In this document: piece by piece, positions 36,989 to 50,192 of the stretch | Numbering within the stretch: position 1 is the stretch's first letter | How the letters are laid out: the number at the start of each line of letters is the position of its first letter | Assembly (NCBI GenBank): GCA_028023455.1 | Contig: JAQFVV010000004.1 | Coordinates: 6,138,001-6,202,000 of the forward strand | DNA: 64,000 bases | Direction of reading: 5' to 3' | From: Epiperipatus broadwayi | Lineage: Eukaryota > Animalia > Onychophora | Notes under the pieces: model-generated | Databases searched by the model: none | What the model was told of the DNA's origin: nothing | What the model saw: the letters and a program-made list of their open reading frames with translations, nothing else | Position numbers and translations under genes: made by a program

Positions 36989-39091
36989 GATTATTTATCT
37001 TTTCAACATATATGTGTTCAAGTATATCAGTGTTATGAGATAGTGTGGACAGTGGTGGGTCGTCTGAAAGTCTGTGCTCACATACCCTATATATTACATA
37101 TATAGACACAGGTATGTGTCAGTAATTATATTAAATTGTTGATCAATATGATTTGAACATTATTTTAGTACTTGCTCATGTTAACAGTTAACTTTTTTTT
37201 TTTTTTAAGTTTCTTTACTTGAATTGAGCAGTGATTCTAAAATATGGATCACATTCCTCAAAATCCATTAGATTGTTAGAGATCCATGAGATTAAAATGA
37301 TTTTTATAATAATATAGAAGTTAGAAATTAAATACCAAACTGAATCCCTAATCAGAAAAATCTTTTTTTTTTAAAAAAAAACATCAATGAAATTCTTTAT
37401 TCAAAAGTTTCTGAATGTATTATGTTAAATTCTCATTTACAGAAATTAATTGATTTATAACTAGCAATATAAAATTTTTATAACTGTTTGGTTTGTTATG
37501 CTAGCATGTTTTTAAACTTCATGTTCTAAAATGTGAACTTACCTATACATATCTTTTAAGATATCAGTTCTTTCATATTGTGTTTATTTTACATGTCTAT
37601 ATAACGAATATAAACTCATTAGTTGTTTTTTTTTATTATTTCAATATAGTTTAGAAAGCTAATTATGATTTTATTCAGGATTGCTATTTCAGTAATTAAC
37701 TTATTATTTATAATATCCTCATTACTTTGCATTATTAAATAATTTCAAAATTTTTAAAAATTTTTTAGTCTTTGCTTTAATTTCCAACAACGATTTACTT
37801 TTGTTGATAATGAATTCTGGTTATCATTGCATTATCAAAGATTATCGGATTAGAATTTAGATATAAACTAATATCTTCTATTAAACTATGTAAAATGTAA
37901 ATCCAAATGGTAAACAATTTTTATGGAAAGATTTTCTGAAATTATCTTTAAACTTGTATTGATATATTCAAATCTATACTTTAATTTTTGGGTATTGTAT
38001 ATTCATCAAATGAATATAGGTCTGTTTATGAATTGTGAAAATTACTGTAACTACCATTTAAAAACTATTCAGTTATATTTTATATTTTATTATGGATAAT
38101 AACAAGCTAATTTTCTTCTCACTAACTTTTATAAGCCAAATTTATTGTGACCATTGATTCTCTGAAGATAATTATTGAATAAAGCATTCAAGCTTCTAAT
38201 ATAATTGCTAAGCAATTTTATAAAATTTTTCTATTGATTGTACTCAAAATATCCAATTGCTAATTACTTTTTATTGTAAGGCTAGGACTACACTATCAAG
38301 AGAAATAACTGAAGTGTTTATAATTCTGATTTACATTTCCTGGAAACATAATAATATACTCCTTATCTTGAACTCTATATATTGTTGAATCTATAGATGA
38401 GAGGACTTTTTATTGTGTCAGCAGGTACATTATGGCCTTGCGTTAGATATGAGGTTTATAAATTTTTTGAACTAACTCATAAGCAGCTCCGAGAAAATTG
38501 ATTGCATCTTATGTTTATCTTTTTTTTTCATTATAATTCACTTGAAATTATATGCATATTAGATGGGTTTGCTTTTAAATGATGCTGAATCAAGTTTCAT
38601 CTTTTTGACTGTTTTAATTATTTACAATAACTTCTGTAATTTATATAATTCTGTTTGTTGTTCAGTTATGTGGATATTTAATTGATATTTTTAATAGTAT
38701 TATAAACTTTTCTAAATCCATATGAATAATAGAATTTTTTTTTGTGTTATACACACAAACAATAGTTAGTGTAGTTGTCTATTACTCTTGTGAAATGAAA
38801 TTCAAATTTGTGCCAGATAAATTAAGTTCAGTTCAGGTTTGTGATTTTTTAAAAAAATTATCTGACTAATAATTAATTCAATTAATCATCCAATATTGAT
38901 TGATAAATGAGTAGCTAACAATTCTTAATTGAAGAGTAAAACTAGGATAGAAAAACACTCAAATCTGACAATTGGCAGACTTCTATTTTTTTTATTTTTA
39001 TGATGACCGAAAAAAAAAAAAAGCCAAATGGATTACAAGTTGCTTTACTATATATATATATTATAAATTTATTAAACGCACATTGATTACG

Positions 39092-39287
39092 TAAGTAATA
39101 TTTACTGAGGCTATAACCTCGATAATATGTGTGTAAAAATGCGATAGTAGGGACCTCTACAGGTGTTTTAACCACAAGCTTAATTCTTCCTTAGCATAAG
39201 CTTGTGGTTAAAACACCTGTAGAGGTCCCTACTATCACATTTTTACACGCATATTATCGAGGTTATAGCCTCAGTAAATATTACTTA
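39092..39287. repeat. near-perfect foldback, 91-bp arms and 14-nt loop
   Basis: Arms 39092-39182 and 39197-39287 differ at two positions (both CpG-type transitions); TA termini. Confidence 0.95.
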
Positions 39288-39799
39288 TATATATGTATAC
39301 ATTGCAGAAAGGAGTTTGCTGTTAATTGAAAGGAGACCGTTTGCTGTTAACTGAAAAGAGACCCTTTGATTTCTCTTGGATGCCTTAAAGGAACCAAGTA
39401 GGGCCAATTCCTAATGTCAACTTTATACATTCTTGTTGTTGCAGCTGTTATTACTATTGATTATTTATATAGTATACAAACATGGAGGGCTGCTCACCAA
39501 CATGCTTTAGCCAGTGGTGAATTTATTGGCTTTTTATTTTTGAGTTTAAGATCAAGAAACACCATGGTCATTCATTTCAGTTGCCTCTGAAATATCAGTA
39601 AACTTTTTTTGAAGGCAGAATGAATGTGTGTATGAATGAAAAATATTTTTTTTTTTCCTAATAGATATTTACAATAATGACAGACAAAAATAAATCATGG
39701 TCCTTATTCCCAGGAAGTTGTAAAGTCACCAGCCAAGGCAGCGGTTGGTAGCTGAAAGCAGAGGGTGCTAAGAATATGACTGCTAACCCAGGTTGTCAT

Positions 39800-41240
39800 T
39801 TGATGACCTTTTTATTCAGATACTTACAGATGCATATCATTTTAAAGTGAGTGAAGATCATAAGAATTGTCTCATTAGATGGGACATTATTGGACTTTGT
39901 GAAGTTAGAAGAAAAGTGAAGAGACAATTAATTTAAATAGTGGACATGTACTACAAAGGTACAAATATTGGAAATACAAGTGGAATAGGATTCATTATAT
40001 ATATAAAGTGGAAGAACAACATTATGGAGATTAATGGTGTATCGGAACAGAATGGCAAGATTAGTTATACAACTTAATAGCAAATACCAAATGCAGATAA
40101 TTCAGGTTTATGCCCCAACAAGTTCTAATAGTGATGAAGTAGTTGAGGATTTTTATGTGGTTTTGATTAGATTAAATATTTTAAAATTGTTATGCGAGAC
40201 TTTAATGCTAGAATTAGTAAACAAATGAAAGTGATGTAGGTAAATTTGGTTATGGTAATAGAAATGAGGGAGGACATAGACTTGTGGGGTTTGCAGAAAA
40301 AGAAAAACTTTATATTATGAATTTTTTTTTTTTTGGAGAAAAATGTAGAAAGGGACATGGAAGCATCCTACCAGAAAATACATATTTCAACATTGTAATA
40401 TTCTTAATAAATTCAACACAGGAATTGATTATCAATTAGTGATAGGTAAGATATTAGAGAGACAAAATTTATTGAGAAAAACCGATATTCACAATTGATA
40501 TTCTCATCTTCAGAAACATTTGAATGAATTTAAATTAGAACTTGTAAATCATTTTCAAATATTAGATTTTGAATATGATTCAGATTCGCATGAAATCAAT
40601 AGAAAAATAACTGATACACTTTAAAAACTGCAACAAAGATAACTGGTAGAAAAAAAGCAATTGACCAATAAAATTTCTACTAAGACTAGAGAATTTATGA
40701 ATTAAAAAAGGATTATGAAGATATATAAAAATGATGCATTAAAAGAAGGATTGAATATCTTTAATTTTGTAAAATGGTGTGAAAAAGGTTGATAATGATA
40801 TAAGAAAGTATCATTGTGAACTAACAATGAAAGCTATAGAAAAGAATAAATGTCTCGAAAGTGTAAAACATTTTGGTATTGGTAGGAAACATTTCTGCAA
40901 TAAGAAAAAAAGATGGAACTATTATGAAAAGAGATGACATCATGAAATGTGTATAAGAGTTCTATCAAGAATTATATAGTAATAAAGAATAAGTATCTTC
41001 TACAACTATTATATCTTCTGAATTGCCCAGCATTTTAAATAAAGAAATGAGACATGCAATTAAATTTATGAAGAAGAGAAAAGCTCAGGTAATAATAGAA
41101 TTATAATCAGTATATTAAAAGAAGCAGGGGAAGAAATAGGAAAAAAATTGGCAAAGTTATATATCAAATGTCTAAATGATAAAGATGTATTAGATGTTTG
41201 GAAGAATGCAGTATTAATATTAATATTTAATAATAGACAT
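39800..41240 (+). pseudogene. decayed RTE-clade LINE (APE endonuclease to start of RT)
   Basis: ORF 40034-40228 IIQVYAPTSSNSDEVVEDFY; later ILKEAGEEIG and WKNAVLILIF motifs near 41115-41230. Confidence 0.8.
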
Positions 41241-41629
41241 AAAAAAATTTTTTTTATATTAAATGCTTTTATTGACCACTAAAAATAAATAAAATAATTG
41301 TTTCTTCATCCATAATTGGGTATTTGGATTTAACTTGAAATAAAAGCATGGGGGGGGGGGGCAGAAATTAAAACAATCATTTTTTATAACAAGTGATTGA
41401 CTTAATTAATGTTGTTAAAAACATCGTGATCACATTGCCATTTGTACTGTATCAACACTTAACTCCATCTTTCTACTTATAAAACTATTAAGATATAGTA
41501 TTTAAATTGGTTTATATTCTCAAAGTGATGAAACCCATTCAAACTAAAAGTGTTAAGAATTTTTCTTTCGTAACTGACTGACTGATGAAGAACTTTAGTT
41601 TTTTGAACATTAAGTATTAAATCAGTCTT

Positions 41630-42430
41630 TAAATGTTGCATTCAAAACTATGTACAATCTGTAAATCATCTTTTGAACTGGAAAATACCAGTTCAATTAA
41701 ACTTCTTTTCTCTGCGAAGTGAATTTTACTAAGAGGAGCTACATCAATCTTAAATCTTGGCAGTTTCTCAGCTATAACTAGTGTTTTTCTTTCAGCTCTT
41801 GTAATATATACCATACATCAAGCAAAAGTCCATATATTTATAAAAACATTAAAATTCTTATCTTTATTACTGCCATTATCTTTTACTTTATCGCCATTAC
41901 CATTACTGATTTTATAATTATTTCTATCACTTATTCGGTGATCTGCCAGGTAAAATGAGTTAATCAGATTTTGCAAATCAGATCATTTTTAGTCTTTGCA
42001 TTTTCATTGATGCTTAGATAAATATCTAAATAAAACTCTAAATATATAGAACCTCCTTTGCCAAATTGAAACTCTGGTCCCAATTCAGCTCCAAAGTGAC
42101 TCAGTAATTATCTTTGCATGAGACAAAGATTTCACTTCGGTCTACTGAACTTTTCTATGATATTGCTTTTACAAAACTGATGGCTTTTGGATTAGAGTCG
42201 AATTGCTGTATGATTAAAAGATGGAAGTATAGTTGCAGAAACATTTTTATTGTCATAGTGATAATTGGATTCCACACTAACTTAAATAACTCAAGATAGT
42301 AAAATTAAAAAATGTAGAAATAAGACAGAAAAGAATATATTGAAAACAGTACCTGACTTTGATGAATAAAGATCTCATCCTGCAAAACAGCCATTAAGAA
42401 TTCTTGATCAGGCACTGCTTTATTCCCAGT
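41630..42430 (-). pseudogene. 5' end of a second RTE (BovB-like) LINE: UTR plus endonuclease start
   Basis: ORF 41629-41814 RAERKTLVIAEKLPRFKIDVAPLSKIHFAEKRSLIE matches the RTE motif RPERRTALVARELARYNIDIAALSETRFA. Confidence 0.75.
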
Positions 42431-42728
42431 TAATTCTTATATTTTATGCTATCTGCCACTCTGATCCTTATCAAATTTTATATTGAATACTATATTTTCA
42501 TTTTTATTCCAAATTTTATTAATTTTTTTTTGTTAATGGATAATCATTATTTATATATTTTTCATATTTTTTTTATTATATATAATTATTTGTTAAAACT
42601 TGTTGTGTGGCACACGAAGCTAAGAAGACTGTCACATTAGCTCAAGAAGAAGTTCAAAGTATTGTAAGGAAATTTTAAAAGATTTCATTTCAATTATTCT
42701 AGGACCCAAGATTAAGTTACAATCTTGT

Positions 42729-42848
42729 AGCAGAGCGTTTTTTAGTTCTTAATTTGTTTATTAAGTGTCCAAAATTGACTAAGTGCAAAGCAGAGCGTTT
42801 TTTAGTTCTTAATTTGTTTATTAAGTGTCCAAAATTGACTAAGTGCAA
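42729..42848 (+). repeat. perfect 2 x 60-bp tandem just upstream of the ORF1-like start
   Basis: agcagagcgttttttagttcttaatttgtttattaagtgtccaaaattgactaagtgcaa repeated exactly. Confidence 0.95.
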
Positions 42849-42875
42849 CGGAGAAGGTTTTATAACCTTCCCAAG

Positions 42876-45482
42876 ATGGCTGCTGACTGTCAAAGTCAGA
42901 ATATGCAAGCATTCAGTAGTATTAAACTTAATGACATATTGAGAAGTGATCAAGTAATTCCAGAAGTATTTAAACAATCTAAATCAGTTAAAAATAGTTC
43001 AGAAAGTTGTTTAGATGTGAAAGAACTAAAGGAAGTTCGGAAAAAAATGAAATTTGAGGGAAATAAAAAAACTTCTAAAGGAAAATTCAAATGCTACTGA
43101 AAATACGGTAGATATTGGGCTAAAAATCAATCAAAACATTGAGATACAGCAAATCAAAGTTGATACAATGAAACATAAGCTAAATATTAATGATACTGCC
43201 AAGTTTCATGAAAATCTATCGGAAAATAAGTTGGGGAGGTCTGTCACAAAATTACTAAAATCTAAAATGATAAAAATTAAAAATCACGGGAATTTTGTCA
43301 CAAGAGAGGGCGCTGTGGCCCAAATTCATGATATAGAAGCAGAACTAGACGGAAACAAAGACAAATATCACCAAAGAGACTACATTGATCAATACAAGAA
43401 TAAATACCGAAGGACAAACTAAAAAGCTCAGGAAGGGTACACAAAGTAATTATCTAGACAAAATCATGACAATTAAAAGCCAAAGCTTGGAAAAAAATAG
43501 GGAAAAAGTTACAGAAGCCCAGCAGTATCCAGTTGAACCTGCTGGTGAGAGCAGAACTTACACTTCCAACATTTGCAGAAAAGTTAAAGAAGGATACTAA
43601 GACTTCCAAATGGCAAGGTTTCAATACCCCATATACCAATGGCTTTAAAATGAAGCAGGGGTTACGGACCTTGAGGCAAAACAAGCTAGTGGTCGGAGAT
43701 CATGAAATCAATCTGAACAATGCAAAGTATGGGGGAACTAATCATGCTGGCTTCTCCCATGAGAATAAATTTGAGAATGGCTTAATATATCATAATGTTG
43801 AGTCAAGTACGAACAACTTTGATCAGGATAGAAATAATTTAATTCCAGAAGACTTTCAATCAGTTAATGATGAATTCCTCAGAAATTATTAATTCCTTTC
43901 TTAGCTTCCAGAATCCGTATACTTGAACATTGAGCACAATGAATAAAAAATGTGAATTTCATATTTCCAATAAATGAGCTATTTATCTTAATCAAGGACT
44001 TAAATATCATTGATTCAATAAGAAGGGTCTACTATCACCCTAACAAAAAATATATCACACTAGAATTTGAGAACACTTTAGCCAAAGAAAGATTCAAAAG
44101 ATCTCAAATGTTTCTAGATGGAAAATATTTAGTGAAAATTGACCTGGAAAGACCAAGATTGGTAACAGGTATGGTGCGGAACTGTCATGTGGCATTTGGA
44201 AAAGATGAATTGCAGGGACTATTAGTACAGTTTGGCTGTATTGAATAGTTTACTTTCCTAATGGAAAGAAGAGCAGGAATTCAGCTACCATACAACCGCA
44301 ATATTTACAATGAGGCAGACTAAAGGTATCAGTCCACTGGATATACCATCTGTTTTTGAGCAGAATAAAAGCCTGATATACATAGTAATTCAAGGAATTC
44401 AACCACAGGGTTATGGATGTGGCGACACTGGCCATTTAATCAGGGCCTGTCCAAAAAGATTATGCACAGAATGTACAATAACATCGAGCAATCCTTCACT
44501 TATAAATCAACAATTAGAACTGGATTTACAAGAATCTCATTTAAAATATAAAGTGAAAACAAATAAGCTACAGTATAAGGAACATCAAGAAACCTTGCAC
44601 AGTAGATTTGAAGATGGGAGAAATGCAGGTCAAGCTAGAGATATGGCCAAAGAGATAAAGAAACAATCAGCACAGGCATAACTGACCAACCTCGAATCAA
44701 TACAATCTGAAGGCACATTAGAAGAAATTGGTCAATTAAAAGAAGCTAACATGTCCAGAGATACGGAACTAAGTGAGAACGGTTCAACTCAAATGGATAA
44801 AATGACACAAGGCAAGTTTCAAAAGGAAAAATCAGAATGGCACTGGCTCACAAACTGATGAGCATAGGGTTGTGGGCTCAAACATTGAGCTGTGTGGTGA
44901 GCAAGAAAAGAAAACAGGGTCTCTCAAGGAGAAAAAGAAAAATGAAAAGAAGACAGAAGAAGCTGGCTCAACAGGAGTCAGGGGATGAGATGGAAACTGA
45001 TAATGGAACATGATATTTTAGCTCATCCCATGATCTTCAAATGTAGTGTTGAATCTAAAGGGGCATGCCTTTTTTGGAAGGGCATGTATGTAATGAGAGT
45101 AAGTAGGGCAGGTAATTTCAGAAGAGGTAGGTAATCCAGAGGGAAAATCGATAACATAGAAGAGCAATGGAGTGATAAGGCTCGTAGTGACAGGTCCGGA
45201 AGTGGGCAAGGTGAAGTAGCACAGGTTATCTCAGAAAAGTCTGATAATCCGGTAGAACTTGATAATATAGAAGAGCAATGGAGTGATGAGGCTTGTAGTG
45301 ACAGTTCCAGAAGCGAGGAAGTAGATGGCTGTCCAAAGAAAATGCGGCAACAAATTAGTACTAGCCCTGTGTGTACTGATGAAATGGAAGAAATCACAGA
45401 TGATGAAGAAATAAGCTCACAAGAGGAAAATTTTGAAGAAGATTCGGAACAGGAAAGCGATGGAAATTCAGACACAGTTTAA
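42876..45482 (+). pseudogene. Tx1/L1-clade ORF1-like (RRM plus zinc knuckle, acidic tail) pseudogene; no ORF2 seen
   Basis: ATG in a caagATGGC context; broken ORFs include KYITLEFENTLAKERF...LVTGMVRNCHVAFGKDELQGLLVQFGCIE and QPQGYGCGDTGHLIRACP (CCHC, first Cys mutated); acidic tail ends at taa 45480-45482. Confidence 0.72.
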
Positions 45483-46422
45483 AGTATGAATTCCATAGAT
45501 GTGGTTTATACAAAGATATGGCAACATGGATGAATTTCTAAGGATCTGTGAATTAAAGGACTTGGCAATTCCAAGACTCATGAATCAGTGGAGAAGACTA
45601 GGGTTATTGACTGTGGTATGATCTCAAGATTTCTTTAAACAAATGTATTTACATCATGTAGCAGGTGATCAGTCACCTGCATTTTTTTTCCTTAATAAAA
45701 AAAAAACACGTCATATTTTTTATTTCACTGTTTGAAGTATTATTATTTATATGATTACATATTGAAAAAAATAAATTTATTATATTTTCTATTTTTTACT
45801 CTATATACACATTTCAAATAAATACAATAGCCATTTTTTTTTCTTTTTTTAAAATAAATTTTATATTTGTTTTTGAAAACATTCAATAAAAATCTATATA
45901 TCTATTGAAAACAAGAAGCATTCACACATGGCTTTAATTTACATATTTTTAGTATATTTTTCTTGAAAATCAGTTATGCATATGTAGTTTATTTAGAAGT
46001 TGTTTTTTTTTTTTAGAATAAATAACATTATTAAATTCCATAGATTTTGTTAGAATTTTTAGTATTTGTATAGAAATATTATTATTTTATTTATATGTTT
46101 AATATATTACTTTTTTCACTGCTAATATCTTCATTAATTAATATGGAAACTGTAAATTTTTATATTATATCTTTTATAAATATAACAATTTTAATTTGTA
46201 GTATAAGAAGTTTTGAATAATTGAAAGATTGGTGCTGCCTTTGAGATTATGAGCAATTTCTTTGGAATTCTATCACTTACCCATAGCTTCTGAAGTTTTT
46301 TTAATAATATTTTGAGCACAGATGTAAAATATTTCCCTATCTTCTTCCCTGCTCATTTTCAGTATAATTGTTAAAACAAGGAGGAGGAATTGAATAGTTT
46401 TGTCTTTCCTGTTAGAAGTATC

Positions 46423-46522
46423 ATTAAACAAGGTAAAACTCTCCATACAGTAGTGCCACCCTGTGCCAACCAGAGCAATCAATGGTTGGCATTATTGCAT
46501 GGAGAGTTTTGCCTTGTTTAAT
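46423..46522. repeat. small hairpin element, 24-bp outer stem with an inner 7-bp stem
   Basis: attaaacaaggtaaaactctccat / atggagagttttgccttgtttaat (1 mismatch); inner gccaacc/ggttggc. Confidence 0.8.
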
Positions 46523-49500
46523 AACAATTATGTGCTAGTATAAGAGATAATAATCGTGATGTTTATAAGCATCATCTGACAATCTCAAACCTTAAAATAA
46601 CACACAGACTCATCATAATGATATGTATACTAATAAAAAGTTATAATAGTCAAATTATCAATTTTTTTTTTTGACAGGAATAATTCTGAGCAAAATTTTC
46701 ATTACAGATGGAGCACATTGTTGATACTTGACTGTCTTAACTATTTCTTTTAGGATACAAGAATGAAGATGCTTTAATAATAAGCTTATTGCAGTCCGAA
46801 GTTGATTCATTGCAGGAAAATAACTGATGAGATTCTGAACAGTCTATCTTTAATCTGAGAATGATTGCACCAGTTTTTAATTAACTGAAATATAGATGGG
46901 CATTTGAATAAATCACACATATTTACTGTTCAAATTCATCTAAATCTAGTTTTGAAATTCTACAAGAGAAAGCATATCTATAAGATAATGGACAGAATAG
47001 CAACACAGTGTAAAAATAGATGTTTTAATAATTGCTGTACCTGAACTTTATGGATATATTATCCCTGAATAATGCATACAATTATATATATATAGCAATC
47101 ATATTCAGTAGTGAATCAAGATTCATTGTTTCTTAAACATCAAACTGATTAATAAGTAAAATCTGAACATGAGACAAAAAATTTAAGTGTGAAATATGTC
47201 AATCATTTAAGCTTCCTATTACTACTATAAATAATGGTGCATTGTTTTTATGAGAAAATTCAGAAATGGTAATTAAATACATAACCTTACTAGATATTCA
47301 AATTTACCCATATCTAAATTTAATGTATGTTTTTTTAATTAAATCCCAAAGCAGAGCTGATTATAGCCTCAAAGAATGATGCTTTACAATTTGTAATTAT
47401 TACCGTAGAAACAGCAAATAGAACCAGAAGAGTTAAACAACTTATACTGTAGGTAAGCTTCCCAAATAAAAAGTTACTTTTCCAGTTGTCAGTAAACTAT
47501 TTTAACTGCATGTATAATATAAATCCATGTATTCCAGCGTAAACAGGAACCTTTTCATTAGTTGACACACTTAAAGCACCCATATAGTCAAAAAAATATT
47601 TTCAGCATATCTTTTTACTGGATTACTGAATATAAATTGAAAATATTAGCAGATTTAAGAGCCAAGTGTCTGGTAAGTGTCACAGGATATATGATATTTT
47701 TTATTTCAGATTTATTTTTAATTCTTCTCATGAACTGGATTTCAGTCCAATTTTTATCACCCCTTTGTGATGTTAAATCAATAGCCTCTTTGTTTATATC
47801 CAAAGTAGTTAATGGAGAAGTCAAAGGAGTAACATTATTGCTTAAATATTTCTACAGTGGGCACAAAACTCCTGCTAATTTCTTTAGCCATAGATTAAAA
47901 AAAACAAAAACAACTTCACCAGCAATCAGTGTTGATGAAAAATAAAAGATCTACAAGGAGAAACAGAGGATATTGATTTTTGCATAAATGTTACTAAAGT
48001 TATGGAACACCCATTACAAATAAGTTCTTGATCTTTTTAACTGTGATGTATTCCCTGACAACTCGACTAAGAAATACCCACAGAATATATAATTATGAGA
48101 TTATCTTAATCAAACAATATTTATTACACATTTTTAATATAGAAAGATTAGATTATATACACATAATATAGATAGTCCGTTTCTAAATATATTTACAACA
48201 CTTAAATTTACTCCCCGAAAATTACTATCCTTCGTTATTGCATTTCTCCTTCAACAACTCAGCTAAGTATGTTACAAGTTCCCCAATATTAAACTCTGAT
48301 AGTCCTTTAGGCTTACAAAACAAAAATAAGATCAGGACGAGCTGTTTTAAAACTCATTGGGTTCTGTACCTTCAATCCGAGTTTCCGAATTTACTCCCTT
48401 ACTGGAGAATGATTTTCCACAGATGATGCCAGTCACTAGAACACCAAAAATTTCAATCAAAGAAAAAAAGCACCCCACTGCTGATATACTGCAGTTTTTT
48501 CTCTTATCTGATTCTTCTCATTTCTAAGAATTTAATGTCACTTTCCGGATCTTTTATTTTAAGTTGTTTAATATTTTCTCTACTCAGTTTTCAAACTTAC
48601 TCTTCAATACTTTTTAATCGTCTGTAAAGAAACTTTTTAATTACATAACTCTTCTATTTTTTAATATTTCTAATTCCAAAAGTTTTACATTATCTCTGTT
48701 GTCGATCAAATTCCTAAATACTTCTCTTTCTGTTTTCTTTAATTTATACATTTAATCTTTTTTTAAATTTGTTATTTCTACTTCTGGAGTATTCTTGTTG
48801 ATATTTAAAATTAAATATTTATTTAGTGCATAAATACTACCACTTCCTCCCCTCATGCCAGAAATTAGTATTGTTCCTTCTACATGTAATCATTCCATCT
48901 TTCTGGTTTCCATTTAGTGCTTATAGGTTTGGGCATTTTTTTTTTTTCGGTTTCACTTGAATTTCTTCTAAAGAGTCCTCCCCTTTTTTCCTTGGTTAAC
49001 TGGTTTTCCTCTATCTTTTTTCCCATGTTGTTTTTTTCATCACTCTGAGACTCCTGCATCCTGTAATATTTCCAACTGCAATTTCTCTGGTTCTTTTTTT
49101 TCATATAACTTGATGGCTATACTGTAAACAATTTAGTACACTAAACACATATATTTGGTTTGACATTGTCTATTATTCCACATTTATTTTTTTCATATTA
49201 TATTCCTCACTCATACAGGCTCATCAATTCAAAATGTTTTTCATGGATTCTTATTTGAAACATTAATACTGCCAATTAAATCCTTAGTTTATGCTACGCA
49301 TTAAATCTGCTAGTGATTTACCAGTCATTGTAGGTGTTGAATTTTGGTATAGTTTAAATGTTTGTAATGCAACTTGTATTAGAGCGATCAGACCGGTTCA
49401 ATCAAAAATTGGGAGATCAGACCGGTTCAATCAAAAATTGGGACATGACCAATCATTTTTATGGCCCAATATCAGGAGTGTAATGTAACATATGCCAGGA

Positions 49501-50106
49501 CTCTATCTGAGGATCATAGTATTCTCTACATGTGTGTGGTACAGTCAATGACACATGGGACTGATGATTTTATATCATAACAGAACAATGTGCTTAAGAA
49601 AGAAAACTGAATAATAAAAAAAAATTCCAATTATTAAAATACATATTTTATTATATTTCAAGCAGTTGCTTACAGATTTTAATAGGCTTTTATTGCCCCT
49701 AATATAGTCACTAAGTTCAACACAGCTCATTTTCATATAGTTGCATAAAATTATATAATTTAGAGTTTCCAAATCCATTCTATTTCTTTCCTTTGTTCAT
49801 TGACTACTTACTAAGGAAAAAATTCTTTCCACATTTGCATTATGAGTAGGTAATGCAAAATAATATTGGCATACCGTTTCAATTTTTTGATATTTGTTCA
49901 AATAAATTTTATAGATGTAAAGAATTTTGACCAACATTCGCAGCATAAATTTTCAAATCAGTTTCAGTTTTTAATACTTTGAACTGATCTATTAATAGAT
50001 TGTCATTAATGGGTATACCAATCTTATTTAAACCAACACCAGTATAGAGTACATCATTCCATGTTAGGATTTCTTTTAAATCCATCCAATTACATCTTTT
50101 GTCATA

Positions 50107-50192
50107 CCATCGGCCGGGACACGAACCCACAACCATCTGCAACCCACTACTTGCAAGGCGGCTGTGATGACCTCTCGGCTAACAACGCTTGA
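50107..50192 (-). mobile_element. tRNA-derived SINE-like cassette inside the hAT
   Basis: Minus strand tcaaGCGTTGTTAGccgagaggtc...GGGTTCGTGTCCcggccgatgg; same leader and tail as 10442. Confidence 0.7.

Larger units (their letters stand above)
36368..37115 (+). mobile_element. retrozyme family A tandem array (1.57 copies of a 475-bp monomer, two hammerheads)
   Basis: 36368-36640 is repeated at 36843-37115 (offset exactly 475); each copy holds a hammerhead; homologous single copies at 28033 and 50924. Confidence 0.88.

Noticed and set aside
41576-41627. gactga-CTGATGA-agaac/gtttt-ttgaac...tcagtc hammerhead-like arrangement
   Set aside because: GAAA and the UH triplet are both missing; could be a dead ribozyme or chance in AT-rich DNA.
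42353-42379. 27-nt minus-strand micro-exon candidate (DEIFIHQSQ, cold-shock-domain-like) within a 12-bp hairpin
   Set aside because: Lies at the 5' UTR end of the RTE fragment; too short to support, and no partner exons were found.
44855-44885. ctgatgagc...gctcaaac
   Set aside because: Lacks GAAA and stems I and III; lies in the ORF1-like coding remnant.
45023-45475. 150-aa Ser-rich minus-strand ORF
   Set aside because: Antisense shadow of the acidic plus-strand ORF1 tail.
48040-48845. Initial reading of the 48.0-48.8 kb and 55.2-56.0 kb repeats as LINE ORF1/endonuclease fragments (including ORFs 48238 and 55491)
   Set aside because: They bracket gag-pol, have TG...CA-type ends, an adjacent PPT and a shared TSD, so they are LTRs.
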